Positions 18,418-28,300 of a DNA stretch of 64,000 bases are shown here, piece by piece. A program made the position numbers and the translations under genes. The notes beneath the pieces were generated by a model, which was not told the origin of the DNA, did not search any database, and saw nothing but the letters and a program-made list of their open reading frames with translations. The DNA is from an uncultured Candidatus Saccharibacteria bacterium. Its GTDB lineage: Bacteria; Patescibacteriota; Saccharimonadia; Saccharimonadales; CAYUUR01. The stretch spans positions 94,010 through 158,009 of the forward strand of contig CAYUUR010000002.1 in NCBI GenBank assembly GCA_964448075.1, read 5' to 3'. Each line of letters opens with the position of its first letter. The stretch's first letter is position 1.

Positions 18418-18674
18418 TACCGGGCGCGGCGTGCCCTAATAATCCTCGTCCGTTGTTTTTCCGATGTCCCGCCCCACACACCATGCTCAATACGATTATC
18501 GAGAGCGTATTCAAGACAGACCTCTCGCACGACACAGGTTGCGCATATTTTCTTTGCTACCTCAACGCCCGCCCTATCATGAGGGAAAAATGTCGCAGGC
18601 GACTCAAACCGGCAAGCACCTTCTTGCATCCATTCAGTATCTCCGACGTGCGTTGGTCGCTCCATATAGCCCAC
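18417..18674 (-). CDS. WhiB-like (Wbl) Fe-S transcriptional regulator
   Basis: 85 aa with C21 ... C44-x2-C47-x5-C53, GVWGGTSEKQR and a basic tail RIIRARRAR. Confidence 0.85.
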   Translation of the reverse strand: MGYMERPTHVGDTEWMQEGACRFESPATFFPHDRAGVEVAKKICATCVVREVCLEYALDNRIEHGVWGGTSEKQRTRIIRARRAR

Positions 18675-18711
18675 AGTCTAGTGCCTCTATCTCAGATTGC
18701 AAGCGTGAGCG

Positions 18712-19287
18712 TTATACGAAGAGAATCGCGCTAGCCACAGAGAAGTAAATAAGAATACTAATGACGTCCTGAAAAATCGTCTTGAACGGCCCGGCACCGA
18801 CGGCAGGATCCTGATGTTCGGTCTGAAACAGCTTGGCGGTAACGAGGGCGACGATTGGCGCCACAGCGACCGATCCTGCCATGGCGATGGCAATCGTGCT
18901 GCTGAGTGAGACGTCCTTGAACCATAGGTAGGTAAAACCAAAGGTAAGGAAACCGAAGACACAGCCAAACAGCACGCCCAAGAAGGATTCTTTCACAAGG
19001 TACGTATGGAAGTAGCCCTTTTTATCAGCTAGGTTGCGTACATATATGGTCTCAGTCTGAGTACCTACCGCATCACTCAAGTACACGATGACAGGTAAAA
19101 AGAATGCCAAGCGCACATCACTTGCCAGCACTGACTCGTAGTTTGAGATTAGTATCGAGGCGCCAAAACCACCTAATAATCCTGCTACTAACCACGGCAA
19201 GCGCAGCTTGAGCAAAAACCCCACCGACTCTTTGAGATCATCGGCCATAATGACCTTTTGCATGTGCTTTTTGGAATGCTTTTTCAT
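18712..19287 (-). CDS. MgtE-type divalent cation transporter, membrane domain only
   Basis: FFLPVIVYLSDAVGTQTETIYVRNL and multiple TM helices. No N-terminal or CBS domains. Confidence 0.65.
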   Translation of the reverse strand: MKKHSKKHMQKVIMADDLKESVGFLLKLRLPWLVAGLLGGFGASILISNYESVLASDVRLAFFLPVIVYLSDAVGTQTETIYVRNLADKKGYFHTYLVKESFLGVLFGCVFGFLTFGFTYLWFKDVSLSSTIAIAMAGSVAVAPIVALVTAKLFQTEHQDPAVGAGPFKTIFQDVISILIYFSVASAILFV

Positions 19288-19358
19288 TATTTACCTCATT
19301 ATACTGCATATGGTTATAGTTCCCTCTTTTGTCGACTTCTCGTATACTAATCAGCGAT

Positions 19359-22112
19359 ATGCCAAAACCAACACCAGACAAACCGTATTATCAACTGTCG
19401 CCCGAACAAACAGTCAGCCGACTTACTACCAATACAGATGGGTTGAGTGCTGACGAAGCCGCCAAGCGGCTCGAAACAAACGGCGCCAACCGCCTGGAGG
19501 ATCTGCACAAAGAAAGCTGGCTGATCAAGTACCTGCGCCAGTTCAAAGACCTTATTATTGTGCTCCTCATCGCCAGCGCTGGTATCTCGTACCTCTTGGG
19601 TGAACATCAAACCGCTATTGCACTCGGGATTGTCATCTTGCTCAACACGGCGCTTGGTTTCCGCCAAGAATACAAAGCGGAGAAAATTATGGAGAGTTTG
19701 GAGCGACTAGTGGTGCCGGCTACCCGCGTGATGCGCGACGGCAAGCTGCAAGAAGGCACCTCCCCAGACCTCGTCGTCGGTGATGTCGTCTATATCGAGG
19801 AGGGCGACTCAGTGCCTGCCGATCTGCGTCTCCTCAGCGAATCACAATTATCATGTAATGACTTCGCGCTGACCGGTGAATCCAACCCATCACGCAAGAC
19901 GATTGAGGCAATCCACGGCAACGTACCGCTCGGCGACCGACACAACATGCTCTATATGGGCACAACTGTAGCGACGGGCCATGGCTATGGCGTGGTGGTG
20001 GCGACGGGCATGCAGACTGAGCTTGGTAGGATTGCCGGTCTGAGTGCCAGCACCAAGAGTGATCAGAGCCCGTTGCAGAAAGAAATGGATAATGTAGCCA
20101 AGCGTGTCACGCAAGCCACTGTGGGTATCTTCTTGTTGCTACTGCTTATTGCAAATAGTAGTGATATTGGTTTTGAGGCGGCCTTTTTGTTTGCGGTGGC
20201 GGTGGCGGCGTCATTGGTACCGCAAGGCTTGCCCGCAGCCATTAGCACTGTTTTGTCGCAAGCTGCTCACAAAATGGTTGACGCCAAAGCACTCGTCAAA
20301 AAGCTCTCTGCCGTCGAAACCCTCGGTGCCACCAGCATTATTTGCACGGACAAGACAGGCACCCTGACTAAGAATCAAATGACGGTCGAACAGCTCTGGA
20401 TTGCCGGCAAAACCTACCACGTCACCGGCGGTGGCTACCAACCCAGCGGACACGTGACGTACAAAGGCAAATCTCTCTCAACTGAAGAACTGAGAGCGCT
20501 CGACACGTTCTTTGCCACTGGTAGCCTGGCCAGCAACGCGCGGATTCATGAGCCAGACAATGAACACCCTGAGTGGTACTGCCTGGGCGATCCGACCGAA
20601 GGCGCCCTCGTTACTTTGGCCGAAAAAGCCAAGCTCGATACCGTAGAACTAGAATCGCTTTATCCTGAGCTCAAACAATTCTCCTTTGATTCTGCTCGTA
20701 AGCGCATGAGTTCCATCCGCACCTACGGAGACAAAAAACTCCCCCACGTCTTTGCCAAAGGCGCCCCAGAAAACATCCTGGAACGCTGTACTCACATATG
20801 GGACAACGGCAAGGTCCGTAAGCTGACCACGACGGACAAAGCAACGATTCTCAAACACAACGAGACGCTGGCTACACAAGCCATGCGCAACCTGGCCTTT
20901 GCCTTCAAGCCGCTCGAGGCCAAAACAAACATCGATAAAATGGATGAAGACGACGCCGAATCCGGCCTGACCCTGCTCGGTATGGTATCGATGATAGATC
21001 CACTGCGCGAAGAAGTGCCAGCCGCCATGCAGGCTGCCCACGAAGCCAATATCCGCATCGCGGTCGTCACGGGCGACTACGCCAGTACAGCCCAGGCAAT
21101 CGCCAAGAAAGCAGGCTTAGGCGTCAGTCACGATATCGTCGTGGTCAGCGGCGAAGAAGTCAAAGCTATGGACGACGCCAAAGTCCTGGAGCTCGCCACC
21201 CGCGGCTCTGTCATCTTCAGCCGTGTCTCACCAGAAGATAAACTCCGTATCGTCGGACTCGTCAAAGACAGCGGCCGGGTCGTGGCCGTGACGGGCGATG
21301 GCATCAACGACGCACCAGCACTCAAACGCGCCGACATCGGTGTCGCCATGGGCGTAACGGGTACCGACGTGGCCAAGCAGTCCAGCGAGATAGTGCTGCT
21401 CGATGACAGCTTCAATACACTCGTCCATGCCGTCCAGCAAGGCCGTACCATCTTCCAAAACATCAAGAAGATTACACTTGTGGCGTTTGTGGCTAACTTC
21501 TCTGAGCTTGTCGTCAACCTAGCTGCACTGATTGCCGTCAGCCTCTACTCTGCCCCGTTGGCACTCACCGTCATGCTGATTATCGCCATCGACCTCATCG
21601 CCGAGCTCTTCCCTATGGTGGCACTCGGTTGGGATAAAGCCGAAGGCGAAGTCATGCGTGAACAACCACGCGATCCAAAAGATCACATCCTGAACAAACA
21701 CACCATCCGTACCATCATGTGGGCTGGCGGCTTAATCGGTATATTGTCATTTGCCAACTTCGCCTTCTTCTTCTGGCGTAATAACCTCGGCTTTTCTGAG
21801 GTCGAACAAGACTCCCTGCTGCAGATGCAAGCTAGCACTCTCACCTATGTCACTATCATGCTCTGCCAGCTGGTCAATATTTTGTTTATGCGCTCTCGTA
21901 AAGGCTTGTTCACCCGTTATCAGCTACATAACAGTAAGTTGCTTATGGCATTTGGCCTATCAATCGCCTCCGTACTCGCCATTGTCTATGCACCGTTCCT
22001 ACAACCATTCTTTGGCAGCGCTTCACTCACTGCAACCGACTGGGCAACAGCTGTCGCTGCCGCCCTCATCTTCGGCTTCATCCGCCAGCTAAGCTACCTC
22101 AAACGGACATAG
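19359..22112 (+). CDS. P-type (P2-like) cation-transporting ATPase
   Basis: ICTDKTGTLTKNQM, TGES, TGDGINDAPALKRADIGVAMG, about 10 TM segments. ATG 19359 chosen; the track ORF begins at TTG 19329. Confidence 0.9.
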   Translation: MPKPTPDKPYYQLSPEQTVSRLTTNTDGLSADEAAKRLETNGANRLEDLHKESWLIKYLRQFKDLIIVLLIASAGISYLLGEHQTAIALGIVILLNTALGFRQEYKAEKIMESLERLVVPATRVMRDGKLQEGTSPDLVVGDVVYIEEGDSVPADLRLLSESQLSCNDFALTGESNPSRKTIEAIHGNVPLGDRHNMLYMGTTVATGHGYGVVVATGMQTELGRIAGLSASTKSDQSPLQKEMDNVAKRVTQATVGIFLLLLLIANSSDIGFEAAFLFAVAVAASLVPQGLPAAISTVLSQAAHKMVDAKALVKKLSAVETLGATSIICTDKTGTLTKNQMTVEQLWIAGKTYHVTGGGYQPSGHVTYKGKSLSTEELRALDTFFATGSLASNARIHEPDNEHPEWYCLGDPTEGALVTLAEKAKLDTVELESLYPELKQFSFDSARKRMSSIRTYGDKKLPHVFAKGAPENILERCTHIWDNGKVRKLTTTDKATILKHNETLATQAMRNLAFAFKPLEAKTNIDKMDEDDAESGLTLLGMVSMIDPLREEVPAAMQAAHEANIRIAVVTGDYASTAQAIAKKAGLGVSHDIVVVSGEEVKAMDDAKVLELATRGSVIFSRVSPEDKLRIVGLVKDSGRVVAVTGDGINDAPALKRADIGVAMGVTGTDVAKQSSEIVLLDDSFNTLVHAVQQGRTIFQNIKKITLVAFVANFSELVVNLAALIAVSLYSAPLALTVMLIIAIDLIAELFPMVALGWDKAEGEVMREQPRDPKDHILNKHTIRTIMWAGGLIGILSFANFAFFFWRNNLGFSEVEQDSLLQMQASTLTYVTIMLCQLVNILFMRSRKGLFTRYQLHNSKLLMAFGLSIASVLAIVYAPFLQPFFGSASLTATDWATAVAAALIFGFIRQLSYLKRT

Positions 22113-22126
22113 CACACGCTAGAGAC

Positions 22127-23110
22127 TTATCGTCTATCAAGCGATTCTTGGAGCTTGCGGAGCTTGGCTGCGAATGAATGAAACTCTCCAGGGATTTGGT
22201 TAGCAGGTGTGTCTGCTGGAATCTTTACCACACCATCTCTGAATGCTTGCGTATCTTGAACCAGTGCGCGTAAAGTCGCGCGCCCATACATACCGACGTC
22301 AAACGATCGTCCATCTTCCCATCCAGCGCGTACCGCGTCGAATGCACGCGCGGCATAGGTACCGCTCGTATCCAGTCCGACACCGGTCGTCTCATCACCA
22401 GTTGCGCGTAATACCCTGCTCACAAACATCATGAGTGCAGCGCTATCCGGCTGGAAACGATACTTTTTGGCGCCCGTTTCATCAACGAAATCCTCACGAT
22501 CAACGCGCAGCAACATAACTGGTTTCTCGTTCACGGTGCCAATCTGTATCAACTGTCCGGTTTCTGCCTCGATGAGTGAATTTTCTGGATCAAGCGCATA
22601 ACCGAATGACATGACCACCGGTGTTTCAAATGCCTCATACCCCTCCAGATTACGCGCCACCAGCTCAGCTACGTCATACTCGGTCAGATCAGTTTCTGTT
22701 CTGTACTTTTCAGCCAGATAGGCCTGCTCATCTGCACCAACCTTACGATTCGCGGAGCCAGCGAAGATGATCGTCTCAGCTGCAGCAGTACCCATGGCAG
22801 CTTCGGCCTCGATCTTCCAGGGCTTACCGCCATCTACGATGCGCACCTCAGCCGTACCTGGCACATCTTGTTCAGCACCAACACCAAATCGAGTTGCGAC
22901 CTCACGCAGCGCCTCGATGTACGGCTCCATAGCTTCATCAAGCACTGCATCAGCCCGGGTTTCGGGCGGCTCAGGAAACACAGTCAGCGGATCCACCTCG
23001 CGGTCCCCTGTCACAATCTCTACTGCATCCCACAGCCATTCCTGACGTTCAGCGATATACGCCTCAACTCGTTCCCTGGCACCCTCATTTGTCTGCGAAA
23101 ACTCACTCAT
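22127..23110 (-). CDS. hypothetical protein (distant paralog of 24504..25466?)
   Basis: 327-aa ORF, acidic. ETIIFAGSANRKV, PVMLLRVD and GLDTSGTYAARAF occur in the same order as QIVVLGGTQRANNV, HIVLLNTP and GFISGNPYLERTA in the other ORF. Confidence 0.55.
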   Translation of the reverse strand: MSEFSQTNEGARERVEAYIAERQEWLWDAVEIVTGDREVDPLTVFPEPPETRADAVLDEAMEPYIEALREVATRFGVGAEQDVPGTAEVRIVDGGKPWKIEAEAAMGTAAAETIIFAGSANRKVGADEQAYLAEKYRTETDLTEYDVAELVARNLEGYEAFETPVVMSFGYALDPENSLIEAETGQLIQIGTVNEKPVMLLRVDREDFVDETGAKKYRFQPDSAALMMFVSRVLRATGDETTGVGLDTSGTYAARAFDAVRAGWEDGRSFDVGMYGRATLRALVQDTQAFRDGVVKIPADTPANQIPGEFHSFAAKLRKLQESLDRR

Positions 23111-23153
23111 TACTCTTACTCCTATTTCGTTACTATTGCCGTAATTGTGCGTA

Positions 23154-23603
23154 TCATGTGACAGCTTCTATATACAATTCATCTTCTATGGCTTTGTTCA
23201 CCATGCGTACGAAGCCGTCTCGACGACGACCTTTCATCGGAAGTTCAAATCGAGTGTTATTGTTTTGAATGCAGGCGTCATTTACACTCCCATCAATCGC
23301 AAGCACCAATCTGTTCGTATTCACACGATCAGTGTCTTCATCAATAAGCACGGTGTCATACAGTGAGACCTCTATCTCATCAGACGGAAGCTTAGTTACA
23401 CGCACGCACGATTCATCATCAAAGCCTATGAATCGCACTACCTCGTCATAGTTTGGATCCTGAAATCCGCCATCAGCGAGCAGTTCATCAAGTCGCTGAT
23501 ACAAAAGTGGATACTTCTGCTCAGCCGTGTGTTCTGGGTTATATTGGGTCATAAAATCATCTCCTTTCAAAGATTCGGCCATATCATACCGTTCATGACT
23601 CAT
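23154..23603 (-). CDS. hypothetical acidic protein
   Basis: 149-aa ORF with no recognisable motif. Confidence 0.5.
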   Translation of the reverse strand: MSHERYDMAESLKGDDFMTQYNPEHTAEQKYPLLYQRLDELLADGGFQDPNYDEVVRFIGFDDESCVRVTKLPSDEIEVSLYDTVLIDEDTDRVNTNRLVLAIDGSVNDACIQNNNTRFELPMKGRRRDGFVRMVNKAIEDELYIEAVT

Positions 23604-23706
23604 TTTGTCAATGTCTTTTCACATAATTTTCTGACTTTATTTCCTTTGTAAGAAACTTCGTGAATTTTGTATTCACATTTTGTGACTATTGTGCTACACT
23701 CGTAGC

Positions 23707-24507
23707 ATGAACAAACTACATGCCGCCGGCCTCAGCGATACAGAGGCCAAAACGTACGAATCCTTACTGTCTCGAGCTGCCTGGCAACCGAGCGAACTTG
23801 CCAAAACTGTCGGTGAATCGCGCACAAATATGTATAAAATTCTTGATAAATTAGTGTCGCTTGGCCTTGCCAAAAAGTTCGATCAAGACAAAAAAATCCA
23901 CTACGCGGCCGTCAATCCAGGCAGATTGCTCGAACTCGCCCATGCCCGCCGTCAGGCTCAGGAGCAGGCCGAAAAGGAGCTTCAGGTTCACTCGCAACAG
24001 CTCATCCGTTCGTACGTCAAAACACATGAGCAGCCCGCAATAACCTACTACCAGGGCAAAGATGAAATGCGCGAGATATTTGATGTGATCGAGAATGCGA
24101 ATGAAGAAATTGTATTCGTGCATACCGTAGCCGGGATTGATTTCTACGGCTTTGACTTCATGCATCAACTACGTATGCGGGCGGTAAAAAGCGGACGGAC
24201 CCGGCGTGGCTTGACCCCTGATACAGCGCTCGCCACTGTTGATTACAAAGAAAAGGATGCGCTCGTTAATCTGACGCGTACCTGGCTCAAAGCAGAAGAT
24301 TACACCGCTCCCGTTGAGTGGGGTGCCTTTGATGACAAACTGTATATCATCTCTTACGGTGAGGATGCGCTTGGTATGGTCATCCAGAATCAGCAAATCG
24401 CTGATGCGTTCAAGCAATTGTTTGCCCTCTTAGAACGCGGGCAGCACGCCTTGCCTGATTACGGCTCATTACCGCTGCTCGCCTCTCGTAAGGGCCGCAC
24501 AGACTAG
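23707..24507 (+). CDS. TrmB-family HTH transcriptional regulator
   Basis: MNKLHAAGLSDTEAKTYESLLSRAAWQPSELAKTVGESRTNMYKILDKLVSLGLA is a TrmB N-terminal wHTH. Start moved to ATG 23707. Confidence 0.8.
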   Translation: MNKLHAAGLSDTEAKTYESLLSRAAWQPSELAKTVGESRTNMYKILDKLVSLGLAKKFDQDKKIHYAAVNPGRLLELAHARRQAQEQAEKELQVHSQQLIRSYVKTHEQPAITYYQGKDEMREIFDVIENANEEIVFVHTVAGIDFYGFDFMHQLRMRAVKSGRTRRGLTPDTALATVDYKEKDALVNLTRTWLKAEDYTAPVEWGAFDDKLYIISYGEDALGMVIQNQQIADAFKQLFALLERGQHALPDYGSLPLLASRKGRTD

Positions 24508-25466
24508 TGCGTCTGGTCTAGATATATATTACGAGCGATCTCACCCAAGAACAGATAGTCCTTATCAGGATCACTGTACGCAGCCGGGCCGGCCGGTATG
24601 AGGTCGATGTCCGCCCGATCATGGTTCGTCAGCACACCCTGGACGACTCGTGCGGTGCGTTCAAGATATGGGTTACCACTGATAAATCCAACTTTCGCGC
24701 CATTTGGTGGCTGGACCTCTTGAAGCCACTGCTCGGTACAAGCTTCTGTGGTGTGACGAGGTTCACCGTTTGGTCGGGCGACAGCTGGTGTATTCAACAG
24801 TACAATGTGAGTGCCGTGCTCTCCCGCAAGCTCATAGCGGCTAACCGGCACTTCGGCGTTACCGAAACGCAAGTGTGCCTTCTGTACACTAAGGTTACCA
24901 AGGTGCTGTAAGGCAGACAGCCGCAACAGTTCTGTTTCGCTCAGCGGCCCAGTGTAGTTTTCGAGCCACGGATTCGTGATGCCTGCTGCCTGAATACCCT
25001 TGAAGCTGTCTGCAACATACGGTGTTTCGAGCCCATCAAACATTGCGCGCTGACCACCCCACAGCACAACGCTACCTTGCTCCGCCAACGACACATCGCC
25101 AGACTGCAGCGCAGCTTCCAAGAATTTCATACGGACATTGTTGGCACGCTGTGTGCCGCCAAGCACCACAATTTGATCATACTCCCTTGACGGCAGCGGC
25201 CAGGCGTCAACCATACCCATCTGCCGGTAGAGTTCACGGGCCTGCTGTGACTGCTCAGAAGTGAACTCCAGTTTGTGTTCTGGCTTGAAGTGATCACCCT
25301 TGACCCAGGGCTGCGTAACCTCAACAACTTTGTCGAGGTCTTCGCTCCAATCAGCCTCCATGCCCAAAACTGTAAACAGCTCATGAAGTTCTGGTTTGTG
25401 GGCATCAAAAAACCGGCCGTCCGTTATGGCCTGTTGTTCATGCTGTTGGCCAGGTGCTGAAATCAT
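24504..25466 (-). CDS. hypothetical protein (Rossmann-like pattern; see 22127..23110)
   Basis: 320-aa ORF containing QIVVLGGTQRANNVRMKF. Overlaps the TrmB gene end by 4 nt (convergent). Confidence 0.55.
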   Translation of the reverse strand: MISAPGQQHEQQAITDGRFFDAHKPELHELFTVLGMEADWSEDLDKVVEVTQPWVKGDHFKPEHKLEFTSEQSQQARELYRQMGMVDAWPLPSREYDQIVVLGGTQRANNVRMKFLEAALQSGDVSLAEQGSVVLWGGQRAMFDGLETPYVADSFKGIQAAGITNPWLENYTGPLSETELLRLSALQHLGNLSVQKAHLRFGNAEVPVSRYELAGEHGTHIVLLNTPAVARPNGEPRHTTEACTEQWLQEVQPPNGAKVGFISGNPYLERTARVVQGVLTNHDRADIDLIPAGPAAYSDPDKDYLFLGEIARNIYLDQTH

Positions 25467-25536
25467 AACCTATATTATAGCATAAGCGTCGTGATTTTTC
25501 AATCTCTAGCCTCTGGTCGGCACATTTATTCTTGTA

Positions 25537-26556
25537 CTATCGAGTTATGGGAGAGACCGTGCGTTTGGTAGCTTTTAGGAGCACACGGCGTTTGCGGGGT
25601 TTGACTTTTTTGGTGTAGACGACGAACGGGTCTTTTTCGATCTGTTCGGCTGTCCATTTGTACATATCATTGGCGGTTTCCAGGGGCACGCGCAGGCGTT
25701 TGGGGATGAAGCGGAGGCCCTTGTCGGCTTCAGCCTGCCACTCTCGGTAGCGTTTGAGCTGTAAATCGATTAACTTCTTGAAGGCTTCGGGGTGCTCGCG
25801 GGCGGTCGCTTCCTTCAGGTCCTTGAGGCCGTATTTCTTGAGGTCAGTGGTCGGAATATACTGCCGGCCAAGCTCATTATCTTCAGCGATATCGCGCACA
25901 AAATTGATCCACTGCATGGCTCTGCCCTGCATCTCGGCCGCGTGCTGAATCGTTCGCTTTTCACGCTCAATCGCTTCTTTGGTGATGTCTGTTTGTTTGG
26001 TTAGACGGTACTGAACGTGCGAGCGAGTGCTTTTGGCCAGGCGTTTGGGTAGCTTCTCTTGCTTGTGGCGGGCTGCCTCGGCTTCCAGATGAAGTACGCG
26101 ACGGATGTTTTTGGCCCGATCAATCCCCATGACGCGCGCCATCATCAGCCCAATCACCTCTGCGGAGCCATAGACGTACTTGAGTGAACTCTCCAAATCA
26201 GCATGTGATCGCGATGCAACGTCTCGCTTCATCGCTTCCAAGAACGCGGGCACCCACTCTGGATCAAACTTGAACTTGCGGCTGACCTGGACAACATTCT
26301 TGACCACGCGGGTGTCGAGCTCGTCCCACTGATGTGTGATGGACTCAAAGTTTGGGTCAGCCATGGCTTTTTTGTAGGCGTCTTCGAGTGCCGTCAGCTT
26401 CTTTGGCTGAGCAGGCCGCGCATCAACATAGTCATCGGCCACACGCACGAAGCTGTAGAGACGGAAGACGTCATGCCGGACTTCTTTTGGGAAAAACCGT
26501 GAGCTGAAGTAATACGTCGTGCTGCCTTGCTTGAATATATCCTTCTCAGTGTTCAT
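25537..26556 (-). CDS. squalene/phytoene synthase family protein
   Basis: GSTTYYFSSRFFP, YSFVRVADDYVD and NFVRDIAEDNELGRQYIP (two Asp-rich motifs). A ~55-60-aa charged insertion lies between them. Confidence 0.85.
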   Translation of the reverse strand: MNTEKDIFKQGSTTYYFSSRFFPKEVRHDVFRLYSFVRVADDYVDARPAQPKKLTALEDAYKKAMADPNFESITHQWDELDTRVVKNVVQVSRKFKFDPEWVPAFLEAMKRDVASRSHADLESSLKYVYGSAEVIGLMMARVMGIDRAKNIRRVLHLEAEAARHKQEKLPKRLAKSTRSHVQYRLTKQTDITKEAIEREKRTIQHAAEMQGRAMQWINFVRDIAEDNELGRQYIPTTDLKKYGLKDLKEATAREHPEAFKKLIDLQLKRYREWQAEADKGLRFIPKRLRVPLETANDMYKWTAEQIEKDPFVVYTKKVKPRKRRVLLKATKRTVSPITR

Positions 26557-27659
26557 GATGTCCGTACCAATAAGTATTCCGCGAGGCCGCGTAAGAATGT
26601 AACACCTTCATCTGACCATCCATTCGTGTCATCATCAAGGCTTTTGAGGGCTTTATTCACATGAACCTCTGCTTGCTCGCGGGCGTAATCATAGGCGCCT
26701 GACTCTACTAAGATGTCTTTGCAGCGTTGGAATTCAGCTTGCGTGAGATTGTGATTACCCAGCATGTGGATGAGGAAGTTTTTGTCGGCTCGCTTGGCGT
26801 GCTCGATGGCGTGCAGCGTCAGAACAGTACGCTTGCCTTCGCGCATGTCATCCATCGGACTTTTGCCGCTCTCAAACTCGCTACCAAATATTCCCAAGAT
26901 ATCGTCAGTGATCTGGAAGGCCCGGCCGGCATGCATGGCATACTCAGTGATGGATTCGAGCGCATGTTCGTCAGCGCCAGCCAGGACCATGCCGACATGC
27001 AACGGATTGAGGAACGTGTAGTGCGCGGTCTTCCACTCAAGCACGCGATCAATATCATCCTTCGTAACTTCAGCACTCACTTCATTCATGATGTCATTGG
27101 TCTGACCGTGGGCGGTGGTAATCATCGTCTGGTTCACCAGTTCAATCACCCGATTACGGACTTCAACCGGTACATCAAGATTAGTAAGCGTCATTTGAGC
27201 GCCATGACAACCCAGGAGCGCAGAATTGAGAGCAATTGCGATGCCAAAGTGCGCCTCTTCATCCGCCAGCCGGTGCGCCCGATGATAGTCACTGAGCATG
27301 ATATGCGCTGTCGGACCACCACGACGTACGACCGAGCGGTCTTGGATGTCATCGATGATTAGAATGTAGGCATGGAGCATTTCGAGCGCCCGGGCCGCTT
27401 CCAAAATCATTGCCTTGTCTTTGCCACCTGACATTTCGTACCCCATCATGACGAGTGCGCCACGAATACGTTTGCCGCCACGCTCGAGAATGCTTGTATA
27501 GGCGTCAGCGGCCAGACGAGCGTAGGCGCCGTAGGTCTTGAAGGTCTCTTGTTTGTTGTGTTTGACGTACTCGGCAATGTCGTCGTCAATCAGCTGCTTA
27601 TACGTGCCAAGCTGTTGTTTGAACAAAAGAATGGCGGATTCATTCGCCTCAGTATGCAT
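26553..27659 (-). CDS. polyprenyl diphosphate synthase (GGPP/FPP synthase family)
   Basis: LIIDDIQDRSVVRRG (first DDxxD) and FQITDDILG (second motif, last Asp replaced by Gly). 4-nt overlap with the downstream synthase gene. Confidence 0.9.
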   Translation of the reverse strand: MHTEANESAILLFKQQLGTYKQLIDDDIAEYVKHNKQETFKTYGAYARLAADAYTSILERGGKRIRGALVMMGYEMSGGKDKAMILEAARALEMLHAYILIIDDIQDRSVVRRGGPTAHIMLSDYHRAHRLADEEAHFGIAIALNSALLGCHGAQMTLTNLDVPVEVRNRVIELVNQTMITTAHGQTNDIMNEVSAEVTKDDIDRVLEWKTAHYTFLNPLHVGMVLAGADEHALESITEYAMHAGRAFQITDDILGIFGSEFESGKSPMDDMREGKRTVLTLHAIEHAKRADKNFLIHMLGNHNLTQAEFQRCKDILVESGAYDYAREQAEVHVNKALKSLDDDTNGWSDEGVTFLRGLAEYLLVRTS

Positions 27660-27676
27660 AGAGTAATTATAGCAGG

Positions 27677-28252
27677 CTAGCCGGCTGCAAACCCGAGGAT
27701 TTTTTCGGCCTCGTCTTTGAATGCTTTGATGTCATTGCCGCTGTTTTCAATAAATACGTCCGCTTTTGCTTTCACGGCGCTGACGTTGAGCGTCGCTTCG
27801 TCCCCTTCCGGGTGCATTTCGCGCGCTTCATCGGCCAAAAATTCTTCATATGACTTGCGATCTTCTACTCTGCCACGATCATTCTTTTGCAAACGGTCAT
27901 ATCTGATTTTCGGATCTGCATCCACCCAGATGACCTCGCCACCAAGCTCATGAACACGGTCCACTTCCCCGGGGTGCCGTAAACTACCGACAATCAAACC
28001 ATTATATTGATCTTTGACCTTCTCAAAATCTTCGATTGCTCTATCGACAATCGCCGCCATGCCGTACTGGCGTCGCCATTCTGCACTCAGCTGCGATTTG
28101 TGGATGCGGTCAGTTGGCAGGCCACGCTTCTCGAGCTCATCACGCAGCATGTCAGTGGCAATGGCGAAGTAAAACTTGTGCCGCTCCACCAGCATCTCGG
28201 CCAAGCTATCCTTGCCCGCCCCATTCGTCCCCGCCAATCCATAAATCTTCAT
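27677..28252 (-). CDS. P-loop nucleotide/nucleoside kinase-like protein
   Basis: MKIYGLAGTNGAGKDSLAEML Walker A. Size and layout resemble small NMP / dephospho-CoA kinase-like proteins. Confidence 0.6.
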   Translation of the reverse strand: MKIYGLAGTNGAGKDSLAEMLVERHKFYFAIATDMLRDELEKRGLPTDRIHKSQLSAEWRRQYGMAAIVDRAIEDFEKVKDQYNGLIVGSLRHPGEVDRVHELGGEVIWVDADPKIRYDRLQKNDRGRVEDRKSYEEFLADEAREMHPEGDEATLNVSAVKAKADVFIENSGNDIKAFKDEAEKILGFAAG

Positions 28253-28300
28253 CGCCTCTATTCTAACCTATCGGGGGTTATTTCTCTATGCTGTTTGCAC

